Positions 18,720 through 27,515 of a stretch of 64,000 bases of DNA are shown here, piece by piece. Position 1 is the first letter of the stretch, and every line of letters starts with the position of its first letter. Source of the stretch: a virus (Duplodnaviria > Heunggongvirae > Uroviricota > Caudoviricetes); IMG/VR virus record IMGVR_UViG_3300011008_000003, one strand, 5' to 3'. The position numbers and the translations under genes are program-made. A model generated the notes under the pieces. It worked only from the letters and a program-made list of their open reading frames with translations, did not search any database and was not told the DNA's origin.

Positions 18720-18883
18720 TATAGTTCCTCAAATTCTATACTCATCTTATTTTGATTAGTATCATCGAAAACGAGTTTCATCTTCATGTTGATACTTTTA
18801 ACCTTAAAAATATAGCAATTTTTTGTGGAGTCTAAAAGCTCATAATCAGTATTATTTGTAAATTCTTCAATAATTTTATTCAT
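18719..18883 (-). CDS. Small hypothetical protein (54 aa)
   Basis: Manual translation MNKIIEEFTNNTDYELL...; fills the gap between the glycosyltransferase and gp62. Confidence 0.55.
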   Translation of the reverse strand: MNKIIEEFTNNTDYELLDSTKNCYIFKVKSINMKMKLVFDDTNQNKMSIEFEEL

Positions 18884-18884
18884 A

Positions 18885-19601
18885 TTAATCCTTATAGAAT
18901 TTACTTAATCTTGAAATCGGCCATTCGCCATGGACTTTCTTATCCCATTTAGCGAAAAATACTTTTCTCAAATCTTCAAAATTTGCAGGCGGTTTACCGA
19001 CACTATAATGTTTTACTTTTAGGTCAATTGTAGAAACTTTATAGCCACGTTCAAGTAATTGAAGACAAATATCGGTATCATAGAAATGATAATCCGTAAG
19101 TGTTTCATCGAAACGTAAACCTTCTTCAAATACACGACGCGGGAAGAACATACAGCATCCGTCTACAGTCGCAAGATGGTCATAGACACCTGGATGTTCA
19201 ATCATTGGATATTCAACAAGGCCGCAGTTATTTGTAATATCGCCTTGAATTATTGCGCCTTCGCCATAAGTTTTTCTACCGCCAGCACTTTTAACACCGG
19301 ACCACCAAGTACAAGTCTTATCTAATGCACTAGTTCCAATCAATCCACAAATACCGATACGATAGTTTTCAAAACGTTTAGTCAATTTATATTCAACAAT
19401 ATCATACGGAACAGCAATATATGAATCCTTGTGACGGAAACATATATTCTGTTCATTCGATTTTAAAACAATATTTTCGATTGCGTAATTGTATTTCTTA
19501 GCTATAGAATCACCGATACTATTATCGATATAAAATTTCTTGTCGGTATCTACATCTACATCTTCTTCACGTTTACTTATCGGTATTATTTCCAGCATCA
19601 C
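18885..19601 (-). CDS. Glycosyltransferase, GT-A fold (GT2-like)
   Basis: NSIGDSIAKKYN, ICFRHKD (DxD-equivalent), TVDGCCMF, FDE.L..YHFYDTDICLQ. Confidence 0.8.
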   Translation of the reverse strand: MMLEIIPISKREEDVDVDTDKKFYIDNSIGDSIAKKYNYAIENIVLKSNEQNICFRHKDSYIAVPYDIVEYKLTKRFENYRIGICGLIGTSALDKTCTWWSGVKSAGGRKTYGEGAIIQGDITNNCGLVEYPMIEHPGVYDHLATVDGCCMFFPRRVFEEGLRFDETLTDYHFYDTDICLQLLERGYKVSTIDLKVKHYSVGKPPANFEDLRKVFFAKWDKKVHGEWPISRLSKFYKD

Positions 19602-20277
19602 TATTTCCTAAAATGTCATTTATCATTCTAACATCAAAACTCATACTTTCACCTTTGATAGCAGCTGCTGCAATCATTAAACGGTTTGCCAAGTTTGAGA
19701 ACATGTTAGATACTCCATCTTTAAAGATTACCAGTTTAGCAAACGGTAATTGTCCTTCAAAAAGATGTTCTTGTTTATCAAGGTCAAGTTCAGGCGCAAT
19801 GGAATCGATGTCAATCGGCAATTCGTTAAATTCAATAGACTTTGAAATAATTGCTTTCTTGACTTCAGGTTTCACTGTATTCGTGAACATATAATAAGCC
19901 AATTTACATTTTGTCTTTTCTTTTTCGATACGCTTAGTGATTTCCTCATCCGACAACGGTTTGTCACCGAATTCTTTCAGGTCAGACATAATCTGTTCCA
20001 ACTGAGTATCAAACAACTGACCTGCTTTGACGTATACGAGCTTATTATCTTTAAAACAAGCCGTCAACGGAAAAACCGAACGATCAAGCATTTCGTTAAC
20101 AATATCTTTTTCCTGTTCGGTTACAACTTCAACAAAATATAAATTGGCGTTATTGATATATGATATTGATTCTTTATAGTCTTGGCAGATATGACACGCA
20201 TCATCTGTGAATACATAAATGCCATGTCGGAAGCTTAATAAAAACTTTTCGAAATTTAACTTTTGAGAATCAAACAT
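19573..20277 (-). CDS. Thioredoxin-like fold protein
   Basis: N-terminal VYVFTDDACHIC (CxxC) and FP.TACFKD (cis-Pro region). Confidence 0.6.
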   Translation of the reverse strand: MFDSQKLNFEKFLLSFRHGIYVFTDDACHICQDYKESISYINNANLYFVEVVTEQEKDIVNEMLDRSVFPLTACFKDNKLVYVKAGQLFDTQLEQIMSDLKEFGDKPLSDEEITKRIEKEKTKCKLAYYMFTNTVKPEVKKAIISKSIEFNELPIDIDSIAPELDLDKQEHLFEGQLPFAKLVIFKDGVSNMFSNLANRLMIAAAAIKGESMSFDVRMINDILGNSDAGNNTDK

Positions 20278-20288
20278 ATACTTATTTA

Positions 20289-20759
20289 TTAGACAACAAT
20301 TTTCGGTTCGCTGAGTTCAGTATGGTAAGTTGCGACAAACTTCTTACCAGATTCAGGATCAGTTTCCTTACGCTTGACATAAAGTGCAAGGGATTTAATC
20401 ATATCCTTATCCGGGTCACAGTTGAATGACAGAACATATTCAGTACGCCAGATACCGTCATTACCTTCCTTACGAGAAACACCGATATTGACAAGCTTTG
20501 CTTCAAGTTCAAGTTCACTGAAATTCATCTGATAAGTAAGATTGTAATCAGCAACCGGAATAGTCATAGAAGTCCAAGCGTCGCGAGTAGCGTTATTGTC
20601 AATTGCACCGTTAAAATCGATGTCGTTACGGAACTGTTGCGGAATCATACGAACGCTGCTATCTTCGACAACCTTCAACTGCATCTGCCAATAAATATCT
20701 TCACCCTTACGAATGAGCTTGAAATTGGTAAGTGTACTTTCAAATGATACATTATTCAT
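20289..20759 (-). CDS. Hypothetical protein (156 aa)
   Basis: ORF with GGA RBS and CTATATTT motif upstream. Confidence 0.75.
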   Translation of the reverse strand: MNNVSFESTLTNFKLIRKGEDIYWQMQLKVVEDSSVRMIPQQFRNDIDFNGAIDNNATRDAWTSMTIPVADYNLTYQMNFSELELEAKLVNIGVSRKEGNDGIWRTEYVLSFNCDPDKDMIKSLALYVKRKETDPESGKKFVATYHTELSEPKIVV

Positions 20760-20854
20760 TTTGATTTTCCTTTTTAAAATTTTCGATAATACAAATATAG
20801 CAAAGTTTTATTTAACAAAAAACCTAAAAAATAATTTTAGGTTTTTCTGAATCT

Positions 20855-22063
20855 TTAGATTATATCCGGATTTTTTGTATCGAAATACATTAGCATTTCG
20901 TTAAGATGTTGTTCTGATTCTAGCCATAATGCGTTATTATTCGCATATTCATATTGCCATTCCAGAACTTCGTTATATTTGTCTTTCTTAGTCAACGGCC
21001 AGAATACCTTATCGATTTCTTCAACTGTTGAAGTATCTTTAATCTTACAGTCTTTATGAATTTCTCGATACGGACTTTCATCATTCTTTTCAAAGATATT
21101 GCCCATGAATACGCATCCACATGCACAAGCTTCTGTAAATCTCAATGAAGACTTAGCCCTATTGAACGGATTATCGACAATTGAAGCAATACTGAAGTCC
21201 GCATTGATTTCCATAAATTTCCTAGGGAATGAATGAGAATCTGTCCAAGGCAAGAACTGAATCTTGTTCTGGATTTCCTGCCAGAAGAACGGTAGTGAAC
21301 CCATTACATAGAAATCAATCTTATCTTCCTTGACATTTTTGATTACCCAGTCACAAAGTCCAGTATTCCAGTCTCCTCTGTCACCAGGTTGTCCAGGATG
21401 GCCTTTAGGGAAGTTTGGGTTCTGTCCTGGGGCCATTTTAGGAATTGGTTGACGGTAATGGGTCGGAGAACCAGAATAGACCACACGCGGCTTTACGAGG
21501 TCCTGTGTGAGTGGCTTCTTTCTAGGAAAATTCCAGAGATAACGCGGAACGACGTTCTTAATAATAACAACATTGCCTGCACCGAATACACGTTCGAACA
21601 TTCTCTTAAGATATGTGGTAGTTACAGAAATAACATCGAGAATATCAACACATTTCTTCATATATTCAAGAATTTCAGGCATGTTCTCATGAATAGAATC
21701 ATGTGCCGGATTATACGGAGGAACGGCGTCATTATTTTCGTCGGCGTCACCGGTAATAAAAGTCAAATCGTCATAATCTGCACAAAGCTTATAACCATAT
21801 TTCGGCTGTAATTCCTTGTAACGCTTAATAATCTCATAATCATGCTTATTTTCCGGTCTCTGGAAAACTATAGACTTAGCACCTCTTAAAAGGTTCGGGT
21901 CATATGTAATTTTCGGAAGAATAATCGGAGTTACACCATGTTCATAACCGTTAATATATTCAGCATTAAATCTTAACCTGTAGTGACTACAGCCACTACG
22001 GTCTTTTGTATACATAATGGCAAGGTCTTTGCCATTTTCATTCAATGAATCAGCACTAAGCAT
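20855..22063 (-). CDS. Glycosyltransferase, GT-B fold (GT4-like)
   Basis: SGCSHYRLRF, SIVFQR, DYDDL, ISVTTTYL, and C-terminal IASIVDNPFNRAKSSLRFTEACACG donor-binding motif. Confidence 0.8.
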   Translation of the reverse strand: MLSADSLNENGKDLAIMYTKDRSGCSHYRLRFNAEYINGYEHGVTPIILPKITYDPNLLRGAKSIVFQRPENKHDYEIIKRYKELQPKYGYKLCADYDDLTFITGDADENNDAVPPYNPAHDSIHENMPEILEYMKKCVDILDVISVTTTYLKRMFERVFGAGNVVIIKNVVPRYLWNFPRKKPLTQDLVKPRVVYSGSPTHYRQPIPKMAPGQNPNFPKGHPGQPGDRGDWNTGLCDWVIKNVKEDKIDFYVMGSLPFFWQEIQNKIQFLPWTDSHSFPRKFMEINADFSIASIVDNPFNRAKSSLRFTEACACGCVFMGNIFEKNDESPYREIHKDCKIKDTSTVEEIDKVFWPLTKKDKYNEVLEWQYEYANNNALWLESEQHLNEMLMYFDTKNPDII

Positions 22064-22066
22064 TTA

Positions 22067-22663
22067 TTAATTATCTCCGCCATACGGGTCGTCGATTGTA
22101 TTAAGATTTTCGTAGAAGTCAAGGCCGCTAATTTCCTTATCCTTATGTTCATTCATTTCATTAAGGTAAAGGTTAATCGCGTTTGTAATCAGCTGAGTTA
22201 CGAATGCGAAGGCGCTTGAATTTCGAGTTTCATCATAACGGTTAATGTACATGAACAAAGTCATCATACATTCTTGACGAATATCTTCAACGTCTTCATA
22301 TGCCGGCGTCTGAATAAGCTTAAACGAAATAATACGGCCGTTAATGACCTTCAAGAACGCGTCACAGATTTCAGCCTTGAGTGCGTCGAATTCTGCATTG
22401 AACTTGCGACGTTCTTCATCACCGAGATTGCGATACTTATTCTGAAGTTCTTCAATTTCTTCACGCTTACGCTTAATAAAGCTCTTCGCGAGAATGTACT
22501 TGTCTTCAGTAACAGTCTTCTTAAGTTTTTTATTTTCGAGCTTACGTTCGTATGGATCACACCATTCGCCTGTATCGTTAATATTCATATGGTTAAATTT
22601 GATTATTAACTCTCTCAGGTACTTATTTGATATGTAACCTTCATCGTTTTTATCCTGCTTCAT
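22067..22663 (-). CDS. 55: Late-transcription sigma factor (T4 gp55-like)
   Basis: YISNKYL at the N-terminus; EDIRQECMMTLFMYINRYD...SAFAFVTQLITNAINLYLNE. Confidence 0.8.
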   Translation of the reverse strand: MKQDKNDEGYISNKYLRELIIKFNHMNINDTGEWCDPYERKLENKKLKKTVTEDKYILAKSFIKRKREEIEELQNKYRNLGDEERRKFNAEFDALKAEICDAFLKVINGRIISFKLIQTPAYEDVEDIRQECMMTLFMYINRYDETRNSSAFAFVTQLITNAINLYLNEMNEHKDKEISGLDFYENLNTIDDPYGGDN

Positions 22664-22758
22664 GTTAAATTCCTTAAATATACTTAATATCGTTTTTAAA
22701 TATAGAAAATAATTGTAAAATAAAATTTACAAAATTTTTTTCTGAATTTTTCTTTAAA

Positions 22759-23673
22759 CTAGAAATGCGGAACAGAAGGAACATTAGGCACACTGACACT
22801 ATGTGCTTGTTGCTTTGCTCTGTTGATTTCAGACTTGTTACGTTCGTTTTCTTCCTGCATCATCTTATCGACAATAGCATTTTCGACTTCTACTTCAACC
22901 CATGTCCAGTCATTTGTAATCTGAACATTCGTATATTTGGCAATTCTCGTAATCATTTCAAGAATTTCCATAAGATTGATTGCCGTGAAGAGATTATTGT
23001 CGTTGACAGTCAACGTAACGGAATGTGCCTTATGGCAATTATCACAGACGATGATATATTCGCTTTTAATTCCGCAATAATTTTCATCAATAATGGATTT
23101 AATCGTGATATAATCATAGGCAGATATATTAGTAACGAATTCTACCTTTTCTTCAAATGTCAATGAATCATCGACTATATACATAGCGACTTCTTCAATT
23201 TCATCTTGCGGAATTATATAAGAATCCTTATATTTCGGAATACTTAATTTTAATTCTATCTTTGTATCTGGTAGATAAACATGGTCGATAAACGGTTTCT
23301 CGAGATGTTTAAACTTTAAAGACTCTAGCGTTATACTTTCTTCAATTGGCTGACCACATTCTGTACATTTTGGAATATTGATAGTATAGCCTGTCTTGGA
23401 AGTAAAGCTATTCAACCTGATCCAGAAAATCAAAAATGCACGGTCCGGTAAATATAAGTCTTCAAATTTTAAATTTTCAAGAATAGTGCACTTTTCAAGA
23501 AGTTCGTTACATACGGTCGTTGCGGTCTGAGGAACTAATGTCGCAAGAAACTTGACTTCAAGTACCGTCATGGCACGAATCTTAATCTTGACATTTTTCG
23601 GGTACATCAAGCCACGTGTAGGTAATTCATGCGGATCTACTTGCCAATAGTTATAATTGTCATAATTATGCAT
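22759..23673 (-). CDS. Baseplate hub assembly protein (gp26/gp51-like)
   Basis: LPTRGLMYP...KIRAMTVLEVKFL...DRAFLIFWIRLNSF, CTECG and CDNC zinc pairs. Confidence 0.7.
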   Translation of the reverse strand: MHNYDNYNYWQVDPHELPTRGLMYPKNVKIKIRAMTVLEVKFLATLVPQTATTVCNELLEKCTILENLKFEDLYLPDRAFLIFWIRLNSFTSKTGYTINIPKCTECGQPIEESITLESLKFKHLEKPFIDHVYLPDTKIELKLSIPKYKDSYIIPQDEIEEVAMYIVDDSLTFEEKVEFVTNISAYDYITIKSIIDENYCGIKSEYIIVCDNCHKAHSVTLTVNDNNLFTAINLMEILEMITRIAKYTNVQITNDWTWVEVEVENAIVDKMMQEENERNKSEINRAKQQAHSVSVPNVPSVPHF

Positions 23674-24293
23674 TAGATACCTTCAGGATTCAAGTTAATT
23701 TCAGCTATACCATTAAATACACCTGGACCAAAAGCACCGACATAAGGAACAGGCGTAGTGACACACATTTTAATCGCACTGTCAAGTCGTTTTTCAATTA
23801 TATTCCAAACTTCCTTTGTAGCATCCGGCGTAACTTCGGGGTCAGGATTAATCTGCTGTAATTCCAGCATCATATCTTCGGCTATAATCGGAAAATGCGA
23901 AGTCACCATTGCACCAGTTGCAATTCCTGGAATTATCGGTGCGGCAGTCCATGTAACAATTTGACCGGTAATCTTAATACCGATATAATTGAATAAATTT
24001 ACGAGACCGCCTGCAGGAACAGAAACTGCAGCAATTACTTCCGGAACAAGTAACATAAAAGATTCGAAAATCGGGCGGCAAATTTTTAACGGCGTTGCAG
24101 GAGTACCGAGAACGGCCGTAGCACCTGAAGGATAAGTTACAGTTCCGTAGATATTACAATAGACTTTTGAAAAATAAATCATCAGCCATTCATTCAATGC
24201 GTCTGTCATTGCCGTAATACTGGCTAACTGATTAGTCGTCGAATCAAGTGCAGAAAATTTAGGTTTCAAGCAATCGTCGTATAAGCTAATCAT
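23673..24293 (-). CDS. Hypothetical protein (206 aa)
   Basis: ORF translationally coupled between terL-C and the hub gene. Confidence 0.75.
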   Translation of the reverse strand: MISLYDDCLKPKFSALDSTTNQLASITAMTDALNEWLMIYFSKVYCNIYGTVTYPSGATAVLGTPATPLKICRPIFESFMLLVPEVIAAVSVPAGGLVNLFNYIGIKITGQIVTWTAAPIIPGIATGAMVTSHFPIIAEDMMLELQQINPDPEVTPDATKEVWNIIEKRLDSAIKMCVTTPVPYVGAFGPGVFNGIAEINLNPEGI

Positions 24294-25045
24294 TTAAAGT
24301 CCGCCCAGAAGTCTTCATTGTATTCGCCCGCATCCGCCATCATATCTATAGTCATTTCATCCTGTTCTTTCTTGTCCTCGACATGTCTGATATTTTCCAT
24401 ATCGATTTCCGGCTGCATAGTTGCATAGACTGCCCAGTAGAGCGCGGAAACAGTATCGTCGTGACAACCCTTAACAGCTTTAAAGACGTTAGGCGTATTT
24501 TGTTCTTCGAATGTTGACAATTCCTTAATAGTAACTGCGTTATGAACTTTAAGGAATCCGGCATCCATAACTCGCTGTAATTCCATACATGCATCAAGCT
24601 TGGAACGCTTGTCTGCCTTGGTACCGAGGCCGTGTCCGGCTTTTTCGGTATTAATCATATTCGTATTCTCGAGCGTATACCAAAGTTCTTCAGCTACCTG
24701 CTTACCGACATCGTTATTTTCAAGGATGTAATAGGCGTTATTGTACATCTTTGAAATAAAGTCGATTTTTCTTGAGAACTCGCCAGGTTTGACGGTATTC
24801 GAACGATAGATTGCAACCTGTTCCATATCGTTCTTCGCACGGATTTCGATAACCTGTACACATGCATAGTCACCGCCGACACCTGAACAACAGTCAACTC
24901 CCATGACATATAAAGCGCCTGGTTTCGGCCTTGCATAAATTTCAAGAGTGAGGTCTTCAAATAATGTTTCGATAGGTTCTGATTCCATAAGCTTCTCGAG
25001 ACATTCAGAAGAAATAAGTGTCGGAGAAGAACCAATGAACGAGCA
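24290..25045 (-). CDS. 17: Large terminase C-terminal nuclease extein (T4 gp17-like); part of ORF 24290-25348
   Basis: CSFIGSSPTLIS junction; RNase H-like motifs MGVDCCSGVGGDY, LENNDVG, HDDTVSALYWA; ATPase domain absent. Confidence 0.9.
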   Translation of the reverse strand, partial: CSFIGSSPTLISSECLEKLMESEPIETLFEDLTLEIYARPKPGALYVMGVDCCSGVGGDYACVQVIEIRAKNDMEQVAIYRSNTVKPGEFSRKIDFISKMYNNAYYILENNDVGKQVAEELWYTLENTNMINTEKAGHGLGTKADKRSKLDACMELQRVMDAGFLKVHNAVTIKELSTFEEQNTPNVFKAVKGCHDDTVSALYWAVYATMQPEIDMENIRHVEDKKEQDEMTIDMMADAGEYNEDFWADFK

Positions 25046-25348
25046 GTTATGATTTATAAGCCCGTTATTCGTAGAATAGAGCCCGCCGTCAACATTTACA
25101 GGAGTATATACGGTTCGTTTTCCGGTTTCCTCTACAGAAATAACCGTACTTTCACTAAACTGTGTATTCTTTACCAAGTCTCCCGGTTTTAACTTGCATG
25201 CCTCAATCTCTCTACCGTCGGGCAATGTAAGCTTATGGTCGTCAGAGCACTTGATTTCGCAATTATCGAAAACTACATGTAATGTATCTGCAAGTTTTTT
25301 AGAGAAGCCTTCGAACTTCTTGTATTTTTCACCGAGTTTGATAAACAT
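25046..25348 (-). mobile_element. C-fragment of an atypically split intein (101 aa) at the N-terminus of terL-C
   Basis: Block B IKCSDDH, block F VYTPVNV, block G terminal HN followed by +1 Cys; block A missing; ORF has its own Met directly after the regA stop. Confidence 0.88.
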
Positions 25349-25355
25349 ATTTTTC

Positions 25356-25781
25356 TTAGGCTAGGTTATTTATATTGAATTTCTTTACTTTCTTATATTC
25401 CTTCGCGTCCTTATATGAAACGATGTCGATTCTTGTATTATGCGGTTCGATGTCTTCGGGATGCATAATCTTAATCATATTCCAGCTAGCAAGCAGGAAA
25501 GCTATAGAATTCCTACGCTGAATATCTTCCAGAGATACATTGCCGAAGCCGTGATAACCGGTTTTGCTCGTACCCATGGTAAAGAGCTGCTTGAAGTGAG
25601 CTAGGTAGAAAGAATCGAAATTCTTATAAAGGTGGCACGACTGGTAAATAATCTTGTTGACCTTATCGACGATGCCGATTCTTGTCAGTGTCTCGTTAAT
25701 AATGCGTTCGTCGACAAGAGGCTTGATAAGAAGTAGTTTGTTAGTTTCGTACATATCAGTATTCCTCAGGTTTCCAGTCAA
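25356..25781 (-). CDS. regA: Translational repressor RegA
   Basis: INETLTRIGIVDKVNKIIYQSCHL....YLAHFKQLF...NVSLEDIQRRNSIAFLLASWNMI. Confidence 0.92.
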   Translation of the reverse strand: MTGNLRNTDMYETNKLLLIKPLVDERIINETLTRIGIVDKVNKIIYQSCHLYKNFDSFYLAHFKQLFTMGTSKTGYHGFGNVSLEDIQRRNSIAFLLASWNMIKIMHPEDIEPHNTRIDIVSYKDAKEYKKVKKFNINNLA

Positions 25782-26178
25782 AATCTTTCATTTCGTTTGC
25801 AAACATGACGTCGGCAACATGGGAAGGATCCAGTTCTTCGGTAATACTTTCAGAAAAGCATTTCATGAGGACATTCTTCGTCCTCGTATATCTTACAATA
25901 TCGGATTCGTCGAGCTTGGAGAACCCGTAACCCGTATAACCCTTTTCCGTATAGACACGGTTGATTTCTTCGACGAGCTTTGTAACGTCGACATATTTGG
26001 AATTATAGAAGAGATATTTTTTATCTCCGATAATCCTTGCTGTCCATACGGCAGGGTTGGCTGACGCTAGAACGTCGTCAACCGTTTCATCTTTGTCGGC
26101 AGGACGGACAATCGTATTTCTTGACATCTCGTCCGTAGTCTTGTCGACTTCTTCACACATGTATTGTTTAAACGTCAT
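25756..26178 (-). CDS. Hypothetical late protein (140 aa)
   Basis: TATAAATA-N4-ATG; N-terminus MTFKQYMCEE. Confidence 0.75.
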   Translation of the reverse strand: MTFKQYMCEEVDKTTDEMSRNTIVRPADKDETVDDVLASANPAVWTARIIGDKKYLFYNSKYVDVTKLVEEINRVYTEKGYTGYGFSKLDESDIVRYTRTKNVLMKCFSESITEELDPSHVADVMFANEMKDFDWKPEEY

Positions 26179-26190
26179 ACATTATTTATA

Positions 26191-26217
26191 AAAAAGACCG
26201 CCTTGTGCAGGCGGTCT
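26191..26217 (-). terminator. Intrinsic terminator
   Basis: AGACCGCCT/AGGCGGTCT stem with A tract on the plus strand, downstream of 26239. Confidence 0.7.
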
Positions 26218-26238
26218 GTTTCAAAATCCAAATAAATA

Positions 26239-27036
26239 CTAGATTTTCGGCAAGAAGAACGACGGAGAGAACGGAATAGGAATTTCGATTTCTTCATCGC
26301 AGTGAGAACACTTGAACTTTCCGTAAGGAGTAGCGATAAACATGTAGTCACTGACAAGATTCGTAAACTTCGTGAACGACATGCCGTCAAGTTCGCTGAC
26401 ATATTCGTATGCGGTAAGCAATGTTACTTCGCGGCCGTTAATCTTTGTAATGTAACTAGAGAAGTCAAGAAGACCCGGGTCGATGTCGAGAAGCGTATTG
26501 GGGTCATTCTTAATCTTTTCTACTGCCATTTCGGTGTTGATAGTCGGATATTCGATAGAAATCTGGTCGCCGTTAATTTCAAAATATTCCGGCAGAGGCT
26601 TTTCATAATAGGAAACAGAAAGATTCTTGAGTACAAAATCATAATGGGCGATTGTACCGCAGTTCTTACATTCGTAACGGACCTTAAAAGGAATATCATT
26701 ATAGGTATAAGAACGAAGGAAGAAAATAAGCCAGATTTTATCTGCTACGAGAATCTTTGTATAGTCGAATCCGTTACCGTCCCAGATGGAAGTCTTAAGG
26801 ATATTGTTGATAACGAAGTTCGAATTCTGTTCTGTAATGGTGGCGAGCTTCTTAATATTGATTGTGGAGAGTTTCTTCACATAAATCTTGTCTGGATAGA
26901 ACATTCCTTTGGAAGGTAATAAACTCTTGTCCAACAGTATAGCGTTCTTAGGCGGCTGATTAACAATTCCAGCAAGGATGTCTTTGACAGAGCCATTTTT
27001 TGGATCGTTACTGATGTCTATTTTTTCTGATTTCAT
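26239..27036 (-). CDS. Baseplate hub assembly protein (second gp26/gp51-like paralog)
   Basis: LPSKGMFYP...VKKLSTINIKKL...DKIWLIFFLRSYTY, CKNCG and CSHC zinc pairs. Confidence 0.7.
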   Translation of the reverse strand: MKSEKIDISNDPKNGSVKDILAGIVNQPPKNAILLDKSLLPSKGMFYPDKIYVKKLSTINIKKLATITEQNSNFVINNILKTSIWDGNGFDYTKILVADKIWLIFFLRSYTYNDIPFKVRYECKNCGTIAHYDFVLKNLSVSYYEKPLPEYFEINGDQISIEYPTINTEMAVEKIKNDPNTLLDIDPGLLDFSSYITKINGREVTLLTAYEYVSELDGMSFTKFTNLVSDYMFIATPYGKFKCSHCDEEIEIPIPFSPSFFLPKI

Positions 27037-27074
27037 ATATTCACCTCAAGTTTTAACAATTTATTTATAAGAAA

Positions 27075-27455
27075 TTTTGTGAATCGATTAATATTCTCAT
27101 CTTTTGGACAATGCGATTGCTCGAGATCTATAGCCTAATGTAGGAAACATTAGACTACGAGACTATTCACACTTTTGGCATAAAGCTTCATGTCTCGATC
27201 CTTGGGATTTACACTGCAGCTTACGGGGCGGTCATCCTGTACTCCGACTACATCTACAGAAACCATGGCGGCTAAATTTACAGATTGTCAGTCTGTAATT
27301 CGCTGACGTTGAGCATTAACCGTAACCTCGAAAGGCTCGAGATAAACCGGTTCATTTCTGGAAAACCCACATCTCAGGTTTTCAATGGCTAACCCTCTAC
27401 CGACAATTCCATTGGATTGGTCTTCGCTCCGAGGAATTAGACTTAGCTATGTTTG
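27075..27455 (-). ncRNA. Putative structured non-coding RNA of unknown class
   Basis: ~400-nt ORF-free interval, more GC-rich than other intergenic DNA, with dense hairpins at 27131-27157, 27278-27298, 27327-27341 and 27361-27383; promoter-like CTATATTT at 27461-27468 on the minus strand. Confidence 0.55.
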
Positions 27456-27515
27456 GTTTCAAATATAGTAAAAAAACTTTTTACGTAAAATTATTTTAAT
27501 AAAAAATCTGAAATT

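Noticed and set aside
26175-26402. 75-aa minus-strand ORF
   Set aside because: Overlaps the hub gene in another frame and spans a terminator and late promoter.
27075-27455. Assignment of the structured region as tmRNA, RNase P RNA, tRNA cluster or group I intron
   Set aside because: Required conserved sequences (tRNA-like ends, GAGGAAAGUCC/P4, ordered P/Q/R/S elements) were not found on either strand; kept only as an unclassified ncRNA.
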